A stretch of DNA of 64,000 nt from Lingula anatina (lineage: Eukaryota; Animalia; Brachiopoda), in the NCBI GenBank assembly GCA_051362555.1, contig CM120641.1:24620401-24684400 (forward strand), read 5' to 3'. This document shows, piece by piece, positions 1 through 12,749 of the stretch. Numbering within the stretch: position 1 is the first letter of the stretch; every line of letters begins with the position of its first letter. Both the position numbers and the translations under genes were made by a program. The notes beneath the pieces are model-generated. The model made no database searches. It had not been told where the DNA came from and worked only from the letters and a program-made list of their open reading frames with translations.

Positions 1-236
1 ATCTTGGTTATAACACTCAGGGTCCAGACTTAGAATCAAGAAGAAGATATCTAGAAGGGCGGGACATAAATGTCAGATTTATTGAGTGTCTTTAAACTAT
101 CAAAATATACATTTGCACTGGTTCTTCAATATCAATTAAGTATGAAAAAGCTAACATAACTTAAACTATATTGTTCAAATTATAATAATGGAAAACTTGC
201 AAATAACAGCATAATAACAGCATTTCATTTACTTAC

Positions 237-1636
<1,400 letters not shown>

Positions 1637-2199
1637 ATCTGGAACAAAAACAAAGCAATTTATTGCATGCATACAAAAACAAACAAAATAATAATAATAA
1701 TAATAATAAACTAGACCCAGCTCACATACAGTTGTTCTTAACAACATGGCCAAAATTTGTAGTCTCCACAGATCCCTTAAAATCACTGGTGATCCACTGC
1801 TTATGTAAAAGTCAAAAATGACGATTAAGTCACAAAGACAGAGAGGTCGGGGGGGGGGGGGGGGGGGGCATGTTTTTTGACACTCATAAAAAGGCATATA
1901 AATACACCATCAAAATCAACATTTTCGATTTTCATTAATCACTATAATAAAGATCTAGCTGTTAACATTAATGAGTATATTCTATACTGTCTACATTTTC
2001 AGTGCAAATAAAAAACATAGCAAGGGCACTGGAATGCTGGAATGATTGATGGATGTTGATGATGTTGGCTGGAAACTGGCACCCGGTTTCGCAATATATG
2101 ATAAATAAACATTTCAGTATTGAACTTACTGGATACATAAACAGATTCTTCTCCCCCACACAGAGGCATGTTGAATAGGCGGTCTTTTGGGGTATTTTA

Positions 2200-2563
2200 A
2201 CTCCGTAAAGTACTGTAAATCGGAGCACGAAATCACACAGAAATCTTGTTGACTTGTTGTTAGGTCAAGCAAACTGATTTTAGCGTATATATGGAAATAG
2301 TTTCGTAATTAGATTTGCAAAAGATTTGCTGTGCTCTAGTTTTTTTAGTACAGACTAATCAAATAAAATCATTTCATGAAATCTCTGTTATTTCAATTTC
2401 TAGTTCACGTTGATGATTATTGATTATGCATAAAATCTTGTTGTCGCTGCATGGTAATTTTTTTCTCTATGTCTAAAAGGATTGGAGCGAAAGCGAGGCT
2501 CTATTTGGAGGGTGGTTGGGGCACCTGTGTTCGAAACTAATTTATTTAGACAAAAAATTAAAC
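2200..2563. promoter_or_regulatory. Probable bidirectional promoter shared by the PH-domain gene (-) and GANAB (+)
   Basis: Head-to-head genes with ATGs at 1636 and 2564. CpG density is locally raised. An inverted CCAAT box (ATTGG) is at 2481-2485, and a YY1-like AACATGGCG overlaps the GANAB start codon. Confidence 0.55.
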
Positions 2564-5500
2564 ATGGCGCTGTCCATGAGGTAAGCTCATATCTGGACCG
2601 GCCTTATAAAACTATTCTTTAACTCGTTTCTTTAAGCTAATGACACGATATTACAACAATCAGATATTTTTGATGATATGTACTCGTGGCTTAATTTGAT
2701 ATTTTTATTATGAAGAGGTCGATTTAATGGTCGTACACAGAGCTCTTGTGCAGGGTCTCGGTTTGCTGCACGGAGCGCGACACGTCATAAATCAACAATG
2801 AATTAATTTTTGTCGATAAGCGCTAGGTGTGGAATCAAGGTGATGTTTAATGCACCTTGTTTATTTTAAGACCGTTATTAAAATAATTTGTGGAAACTGA
2901 TTCACTAAAGACAATATAATTAACATAGGAAGGTTACGTAAAAACGATCTAGACAGTGATGTGATGGCGGATTTGTGGATTTACAACATCTATTGTTATT
3001 GTACCACCAGCGTTAGCGCTGGCGGTACACATGGTTTCGGTCCCGTCCGGATCGTTCCGCCGGCTCCGCCGGCTCCGTTGGCTCCGCCGGCTCCGCCGGC
3101 TCCGCCGGCTCCGCCGGACGGCTACCGTTACCGCTTCTCCTCCTAGACGGTAAGGGCCCCCGTACCCATCTCATGGATTTAGGTCACCTATAATCTCAAC
3201 TCGTTCCACGTAAAATTTGGGCTTTGTCGGTATTGGGGTCTGGGTGTGGCACTCATTGCAATGCACCCTTGTCTAAAAATGGCAAAATTAAATGCTAATT
3301 ATCTACCCTACGGAAGGAGTTATGGGAAAAATGTCTATAGACGGCTTTCCAAAAGTCATATGTGTAGATTTCAAATATACCCTTGGATTTGACCTTTGAC
3401 CTCTACTTCAAGGTCAAATGGGCCAAAATTTTCAAAAAAATGAAATTTTTTACGAAAAAAATTTTTTTTGCCCTGTTATTCAGACACCACACAGACTTAA
3501 CCAATAATATTATTGGAAAGTGTTACCCTTCAGGTCATCTTTCATCTCCATGAATTTGGGGTCAATCGGTGCATTTTCACGGGAGTAGCGGCCATAAGAT
3601 ACCGAAACTGAAAACTGTCTCTAATTCGGGAACCGTTAATGCTAGAGACCCATTCTTTTTTGCATTTTGTAGAGCATGTAAAGCCCAACACTGGAGGTGG
3701 TCTCCGTTTTTTTGTATTCCATACGGTTTTCGAGTTACGCTGTATCAAAAAGTACATATTGGTGGTAAAAGCAAAATGTGCAGTACGGTAATGGATAAAA
3801 AATTTTGAACTCTGGAAAAATAAAACATAAGGCTTGGCAAAGCAGACAACTTGTGTTCAAAAATGACATTATTTCATCAAATTTGAACTTCTGAAACTTC
3901 AGAGCACCTCCTATTTCAAGAATTTTGACCAAAATGACATTTTCTTTATTTTAATTAATTTTTTCTGTACGAAATTTAAGGCACATTATGGTAAATTATA
4001 ACATCTAGTCCCTTATATCTCCAAAACTGGCAGAGATAGGTCCATAGTTACTATTGAAGTTGAATATGAAGTCATATACTGGCAATCTTACTATGACCTT
4101 GAAATTGACCTTTGACCTACTTTTCACCATGAACTGAACTTTGCAAATTTTTCTTCCCTTTTATCTCCAAAACTGGCAGAGATAGGTCCATAGTTACTAT
4201 TGAACTTGAATAGGAAGTCATATACTGGCAATGTAAATGTGACCTTAAAATTGACCTTTGACCTACTTTACACCATGAACTGAACTTTGCAAAATTTGCT
4301 TCCCTTTTATCTCCAAAACTGGCAGAGATAGGTCCATAGTTACTATTGAACTTGAGTAGGAAGTCATATACTGGCAATCTAAATGTGACCTTAAAATTGA
4401 CCTTTGACCTACTTTACACCATGAACTGAATTTTGCAAATTTTGCTTTCCTTTTATCTCCAAAACTGGCTGAGATAGGTCCATAGTTACTATTGAACTTA
4501 AATAGGAAGTCATATACTGGCAATCTAAATGTGACCTTAAAATTGACCTTTGACCTACTTTTCACCATAAACTGAACTTTGCAAATTTTGCTTCCCTTTT
4601 ATCTCCAAAACTGGCAGAGATAGGTCCATAGTTACTATTGAACTTGAATAGGAAGTCATATATTGGCAATCTAAATGTGACCTTGAAATTGACCTTTGAC
4701 CTACTTTTCACCATGAACTGAACTTTGCAAACTTTTCTGTCCTTTTATCTCCAAAACTGGCAGAGATAGGTCCATAGTTACAATTGAACTTGAAAAGGAA
4801 GTCATATACTGGCAATCTAAATGTGACCTTAAAATTGACCTTTGACCTACTTTACACCATGAACTGAATTTTGCAAATTTTGCTTCCCTTTTATCTCCAA
4901 AACTGGCTGAGATAGGTCCATAGTTACTATTGAACTTGAAAAGGAAGTCATATACTGGCAATCTAAATGTGACCTTAAAATTGACCTTTGACCTACTTTA
5001 CACCATGAACTGAATTTTGCAAATTTTGCTTTCCTTTTATCTCCAAAACTGGCTGAGATAGGTCCGTAGTTACTATTGAACTTGAATAGGAAGTCATATA
5101 CTGGCATTATAAATGTGACATTAAAATTGACCTTTGACCTACTTTACACCATGAACTGAATTTTGCAAATTTTGCTTCCCTTTTATCTCCAAAACTGGCA
5201 GAGATAGGTCCATAGTTACTATTGAACTTGAATAGAAAGTCATATACTGGCAATCTAAATGTGACCTTGAAATTGACCTTTGACCTACTTTTCACCATGA
5301 ACTGAATTTTGCAAATTTTGCTTCCCTTTTATCTCCAAAACTGGCCGAGATAGGTCCATAGTTACTATTGAAGTTGAATAGGAAGTCCTATACTGGCAAT
5401 CTAAGTGTGACCTTGAAATTGACCTTTGACCTACTTTTTATCATGAACTGAACTCTGCTAATTTCTTTCTCTTTTAACTTCAAACTTGACAGAGATAGGT

Positions 5501-8500
5501 CCATAGTTACTCTTGAACTTGAATAGGAAGTCATATACTGGCAATTTACTGTGACCTTGAAATTGACCCTTGACCTACCTTACGAAGAACTTAAATTTGA
5601 TTGTACCATATTTTTTTTTGCAATAGTTAAAAAATTCTTGTTGATTGCATTTTTACAGCTTGTCAAGCACAAAACTGGTGGCTGTGTCCCTTATTTTGTG
5701 TATGTGGGGGTCTATACGAATGCGTTTGCTCCAGCTGGTGGTACAATATTTGGAGGCGGTATCGCCTCTCTGATCCTCTAGTTTTAATTTGTAAGATCTT
5801 TTATCTTAGTTGATGTCCGTAGCTATTATTCCTTTTAAATGCCCTTGGTGAGACACTTGAAAAAACCCAAAATGCGTTTTTTAAGGGCAACTTGTATGGT
5901 AAAATGTACACTGTATACTGGAGTATGTGTATCTCTAAATTTGTATATACAGTTCTTGTAGTCTTTAAGTTTGTAGGGTCATGTTCAGTGATATTTTGGT
6001 TGCTAAAATAATAAAATTTGCATATTAAAGAATCAGCTTTTATTCCAATTATATCAGGGTCTTACTTTGTTGTGTGTTAATCTCCTAATATGGCTTAGTT
6101 GTAATGTACCACAGTGTATAACACTTTTCATAATCTGTAATTAATTATTAAGAGACATTGATTATTTGGTTGATTATTCATTGAAATTAATTTTGAATTC
6201 ATGTTGTTATTCAAAAGTATGATTGCTGTGATTGGTGGCAATCAACCATTCATTTAGCAAAATCCCATTTAATAGAAATGCTTTCAAGTTGCTCAACATC
6301 ATGAAAATTATTCATAATATTTTGAAATGTTATGTATGTTTATTTGATTTTTTTTATCAATCATTATTTTTATGACATTTCAGATCCACAGTCTATATAC
6401 TAAATAAAGTTTTGGTGGTGGGAGTGCTGCTGTCTTATGTAGCATCTGTGGATAAAAGTAATTTTAAAACATGTGACCAGAGTGGGTTTTGCAAGTAAGT
6501 GAAAACTAAACACCTTCATTTCTTCTGACTTCATCTATATATGGTTTAAAAATATGGTTATAAAAATATAGGTGAAATGTTTTAACTTATGAGACACATT
6601 ACATGCCAAATTTGATATTTTTATTGCTCTTGTTATATCTTTACACTATTATCACCTATTTTATGTGCCTTATCCAGCTTGTATAGAACATACCCAATGG
6701 GCTGCATCACATGTCCTATTTTCTACATTTTCTGCATTTTTTTAGGCGTCAAAGAGCATACAAACCAGACCAGTCACCATATGTAGCTTTACTAGACTCG
6801 GTTCAAATAGAACCAACAAAAATGAAGGTGCAATTATTGAACACGCAGAATCAAGTGAGACTCTTACTGGAAGTTATTGGTCTAGAGAGGAATATGGCTA
6901 GAGTTAAAATTAATGAACTAAACCCCATCAAACCTCGTTATGAAATACCTGTGGGAGATGTACTGATTGGAGATCCAAAACAAGACAAGTAAGTGTGACT
7001 TGTTTATGTTGGAAAAGAATTAAGATTGAATGTTTTGCATGGTCATGTTAGATAGTTGAAATACATACAAAACTGATATGATCTTTTAATAGTAACATTA
7101 ACAGAAGGCTCTCATTAAAATAGTTTCTAATACAGACATCATAACCTAACATCATATCAGATATATACTCAATAATCCTGATGAAATTTTAACCATCTAA
7201 AAACCCTGCATATGCTATCACAATGAAATGGTGCAATTTATTTTTTTTTTATTTTGCATCAACATTTTTTTCAGAATTGAAATAAGCCACAAGGATGGAG
7301 GTTCTATAAGCCTAGCATTTCAAAGCAATAAAATTGTCCTCCAGTCCAAGCCATTCAGGATAGACTTTGTGGCTAGTGAGCACCCTGTTGTCTCCTTAAA
7401 TGCTAATGGACTGTTGAAATTTGAGCATCTTCGTCTGAAGACTGTCACCCAGGAAGAAAAGAAAGAGTAAGTTAGACATACAGCTGAGATGATATATATA
7501 TATTTTTATTTATTTCTTTATTTACACTGCTATGAGCCTATGACTATGACAACACTGATTACTCATCATGAGGATATGACTTAGTTATTAAACATCGTCA
7601 TAATCATAGCATTTCAAGTCTAATGATAAATTTAAAACAAATGTGTTTATATAAAATGTGTAAGTGGTTGTTCTGTAGTGAATTATCTTCGGAAGCATGC
7701 CCCGAAAGTATACTTGGCTTGAAGCATGGTTTAATAGTGAGTGATTTATTACCACTTATGAGGTCACTCTTGCATAATGAATATTATCAAACACTCAAGA
7801 TATTCTGATTGGAATATTAGGGTGTTAACATTATATTGGGCCAAATTCATTATTGATGTGGTTCAAAATTTTGATTAGGCTAAAGTTAACCAGCTATTTG
7901 AGAGAAAAAACTTTCAACCTAAAGTGTTCATAACTTTCATCGTCTTTCATCATGATAAATGTCATTTATGAATTATGTTTGTGTGAACCATTTTTCATCA
8001 TCAACTTATGTATGGGAAGTACTATCATGATTTCTCCCATACACAATAGTTAGTTTTAAATTTTGTGAAGTTTATGGTATATTTTTTTCTGTGCATCTGT
8101 AACAAGCTACTTGGTACACCAAACATTTCTCTTTGTTGGGTACTAACATTTCCGTGACAGTAATAAGGATTGTCTTAAGTCCTACTACGCAATTCTCTCC
8201 TTGCTGTTTACATATTAATTTCCCATAAAAACCAAAAACCTGCCCATTAAGATTTCATAAATTAAAAACTAAAGAAGATTAATAAAAGCTTAAAAGGACT
8301 AATCAACCGTAGTATTCTTCTGAAAAAAATTAAGAGAGAAAGAGAGACATTTGAATGATACAGAAACTGGGGAAAGAACACGACTCGAGCTGTTGTCAAC
8401 CTAGATTAAACTGTCATCCATTTATACTGAACAAAAATATAAACGCACGAAACTAAAATGGTCAGTTGAAATGGATAATCATGAAATATGCCCAGGTTGA

Positions 8501-11500
8501 TGGTTTATTTGTGAACAGATGGATTTGTTTTGATCAATTATAGTGGTCTGGTTTCACTTGGCCGCTCCCCATGAGTATACTCAAAGCTTCAGTTTTTACA
8601 CCCATAAGACTAATGGAGCATGACGGAGTAGAGGTCAATCTGCAAGACCAATACACAGACACTCTCTACCGTCTAGGCAATAAAAGGACACACCAAAATG
8701 TGAATTTCTGCCACTTGTCAACATGCCACAGATGTCTGGAACCATGAGGGAGCATGCCATCAGCATGCTCAATGCTGGCTTGTCAGTAACAGAAGTTGCA
8801 GCATGCCTGAATGTGCATCATTCCACTGTCAGCCATCTGGGAACACGCTTCAGAGACACTGGTAGCATTAGGAACCACCCTCATGCACCATGTCGCCCAA
8901 CAAACACCTGTAGAATGTTCTGGATCAGAGTTTTCAGCCATCATGTTCCAGCTCTCGAGAACGTTCGCCAACTGCGAGTAGCACTCCAGGAGGAATGGGA
9001 TAATATCCCTTAGGCCTCTATTGACAACTTAGTGATGTCCATGCGCTGCTGGTGTACTGCTCTGCACAAATTTAATGGTGTTTGTGAACTCAGGATGTTG
9101 ACCCCCATGGTGTATTTGATGCCCTAATTCTTGGACTATGCATTAAAACTTCCCCTAATGCTATCAAAGTGATGTCTATTTGTCGAAAAAAATATGCTGT
9201 TATTTTTGGCTATATACTCTAGTTCCTTATATGAAAATAAATCTACATATTCTTTCGTGCGTTTATATTTTTGTTCAGTATATATGTAAAATGAAAAGGA
9301 GGCTATATCGTTAGATTTTAAAGTTAAATGTTGCACAATATTTGAATGGAGAGGAAAATAGGTTATCCCTTTTCGTGATGAATGCATCTAAATTCTTGTC
9401 ATTTATTTCATTGGTAAAAAATGGAGAATGCATTTTTAGATCAAAATAATATTAGTCAACTGTTGCTATTGTTGTGTTCCAGGATGAACATGTTTTAGAA
9501 AAACCAGAAAAGATATGTGATGTGCTATATCTTATTGTGAATGATATTAATAATTGTATTGTTTGTGTGTGAAGGCTTTTAATGTGTGGATACGCAGGAT
9601 ATAGTGAGTCGGCTTCATCTGCTTTATTTAATTTTTTACTCCCTAATGAAAAAGTCCTATAGGATCCTATAAGATCCTATAGGAAATTGGGCCAATTTCC
9701 TATAGAATCCTATAGGATCTTATAGGATCCTATAGGACTTTTTCGTATGGGCTATAATATTTTTGTTTACTTCCTCATTATTTGCTATCTATTGTGAATA
9801 CCTTACAAGCTTAAAATTTTGAACCTGTGAAAAACCTATATAAATCTATCATCACTTGACTTAGTTTTCAGAAAGTGATCATCTGTCTCATTCTTCTGTC
9901 ACTTTTGAATTTTTATCTATCTTACACTTAAGTTGTTAGATGACAATTATCTTCTTTGATTATTGAATCTAGTTGGTTGAAATCTTTTGGTGACATCTTT
10001 TCATGCATGTCTTGTGTATATGATTTATTTCCCTGCACTTTCCTATAATACCAGTTCATTATGCCTGCTAGTTTGATTTGAGCACTGCACTTCCATGTCT
10101 GTATATGTATTGCTGTCTCTAGTAATACAGCCAGTGTTTTCAGTCTTAGCGGACTGTAGAGCAGTTGGCATCTTTTCCCTATTGTAGGCAGGCAGGCGGC
10201 TTCTTAGGCGGCCTATATTCATGGTTTTCCAAACCTTTCAGAGAAGACGAGAAGCAGGAGGGAGAAAATCAAGAAGGACAGGGTGCTGAAGAAAGACCAG
10301 AGGGACAGGTATACAGCAGATATTTTGTCCTAGTGCAGGTTGATAGATTTTAGGAAAATGATCAGTTTCACTGAAGCTTAGATATGAATGTCTGGGTATT
10401 TAATATGAAAACATATGAAAGCACATTGATTGCCAAAGGTTAGTTTGCGATTAATCAACAGATGGCAGCATTTGTTTTAGCCAAGAAAACCCTGCTCTGA
10501 TATTCAAGAGAACAAACACAGAATAGGCCCTATCATCGGCTTAGGTTTTTTTAAAGGAACAGTAATTGAAAGATATGATTGAGTCGTGTAATAAAGGATG
10601 AGAATTGATTTTGGGGTGAGACATACATGATGCTTATAGATAACATGTTTTAAATATAAATCTTATAAAGAAATAAGTTGAGAACTGAACAGATGAAGTA
10701 AAAACGATAGGATGACATATTTTGATAATTCTACCCCTATAGGAGCAGGCTGCAGAAGAAGAGAAGGAACCAGAGGCAAAGGAACCAGAAGAACCAGACA
10801 TGTGGGAGGAGTCCTTCAAGGGCCACTCAGATTCCAAACCAAATGGTACAGAACAATTTTGATTTATTTTTCACACTGATATTGAAACTTAGCATTTTAT
10901 TGTCTAAACAAGAAAATAAAGAGACATATAACGAATAGGTGAAGTTGTTAGGCAGGGACAAATGTAATTAACCAAATCCACTGTTATACTCATTGATAGA
11001 TAATGAAAGTTGAAAATATTGCATAATGTGTTCATGAAGAGAGATTGTTATAAATAACACACAGTGTTTTTTACAAATTGTCCAGCAACTGAAATAATGA
11101 TTGAAATTAGGAAAGGCCTCTTTTCATTGAACATAATTTTATTTACAGGACCAACATCGGTGGGTATAGACATTTCCTTCCCAGGCTTCGAGCAAGTGTA
11201 TGGTATTCCTGAACATGCAGACTCACTGGCTCTTCGGTCCACAAAGTGAGTGCTTCTCTGTAGGAGAATTACAAAATATTTTATATTTGTCTCTATAGTC
11301 ACTACAGAGAAGCTAGGCTAAAAAAAAGTATATATATATAAAGCTTTCAGTTTATTAAATGGATGCGTAATTTTCACAGATTGCAGATGATTGTGAAATG
11401 ATAATTGATAATCCATGTTCTGCACCCTGTTATGTTTGACATGAAAGCTTGTGTTATGACAGTATTTTAACTTCATTCATAAACCTAACAAAAGAAAGTT

Positions 11501-12686
11501 TTTGACAAACTGAATTTATATCTTTTTAAGCATTTTAATTGTGGAAAATCATTATCTTTGCAGAGACATGGACCCCTATCGCCTGTACAACTTGGACGTG
11601 TTTGAGTACGAGTTGGACTCTCCTGCTGCCCTCTACGGGGCTGTACCTGTCATGCTGGCACATAAGTAATTTTTAATAATACACTTTCTCACATTGTCTT
11701 AACTTTATTGCTTAGAAAGCAAAAATATGAGTGAATTAAAGACGTTGTTTGAATGTAACAAAGGACAGTTTTCATATGAAAGACCCTCGGATACTTTTGA
11801 TTCTTTTTTGGATACCAGAAAATAGTTGATTATAACTTTGTTCCAAATTTGTGCTTTGTCTCAACTATACATAATGTCTGATAATGTTGCTAACTCTTAA
11901 ATCTTAGTTACCTGTATTCAATATGATTTTGTTATTTTTTAAAGCGAAAAACAGACTGTTGGAGTATTTTGGCAAAATCCCTCCGAGGCCTGGATAGATA
12001 TAAGTCACAACCTGGCAGACAAGGTAAACAGTGGTTTCCAAGACAAACTAACAAATTCTCAATATAATTTTTGTTTAAAAAGGAAATATGTTAGTTTTGT
12101 ATGTGTTTGTATGCAGAAAACTATTTAAAAGGTTACTCTAAGTCTTACAGAAAGTAACTATTCTGATAAAGGTAGCTATGAAAAAATTGACTTTGAATTT
12201 GTATTTGGTTGTTTGAATATGTTCACAGCAGTTGAAGTGATATTTCAGATTTATTATTCATAAATATTTCAGTCTCAATTAAAGATATTAATGATATTAA
12301 CTTGGACCTTTTTTTAGTAATGAACAGAAGTCTTGGATTTGTAACTTAAAAAATATTGGTTTTTCCTGATCTGAGGCCAGATCTAGTTGTTAATTGTATG
12401 AAACTAGTTTTGAAAGTGGCATACTGGCTTTGTTAGCCATCCTAGCTAATGCACTGTGTCACTGTGTTTTCAGTCTGTCCTGTCCAAGGTGGTTGATTTT
12501 GTCAAGGGAGGAGACCAGATTCCACAAGTTGATACACACTGGTTTTTTGAGAGTGGAATTGTGGACATTTTCATCATGTTGGGCCCTGGTCCTGCAGACG
12601 TTTTCAAACAGTATGCAGCATTGACAGGGACAACCCCTTTGCCCCCTGTAAGTATAGATAATTAGTATAGATAATAAACATAACTA

Positions 12687-12749
<63 letters not shown>

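Larger units (their letters stand above)
2997..5781 (+). mobile_element. Non-autonomous Helentron/HINE (DINE-1-like) element in GANAB intron 1
   Basis: A 15-bp subterminal inverted repeat, TATTGTACCACCAGC (2997-3011) / GCTGGTGGTACAATA (5734-5748). The 5' copy also folds with GCTGGCGGTACA (3018-3029) and is followed by a short tandem repeat. There is an internal tandem array, a 3' hairpin GAGGCG-gtat-CGCCTC (5753-5768) and a CTAG end running into TTTT. This is the established HINE architecture. Confidence 0.85.

Noticed and set aside
1849-1868. Poly-G run (also poly-C runs at about 42834 and 42882) as functional G-quadruplex elements
   Set aside because: They are simple homopolymers with no further evidence of function, and their length is unreliable in assemblies.
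2961-3146. Pro/Ala-rich 61-aa ORF
   Set aside because: It arises from the 9-bp minisatellite at the Helentron 5' end, has a GTG start and lacks splice support.
4010-5580. Array as a CRISPR locus, or as repeated protein-coding ORFs (4117-5298, - strand)
   Set aside because: The monomers are contiguous with no unique spacers and there are no cas genes in this eukaryotic context. The 146-bp period is not a multiple of 3, so the ORFs are frame-cycling artefacts.
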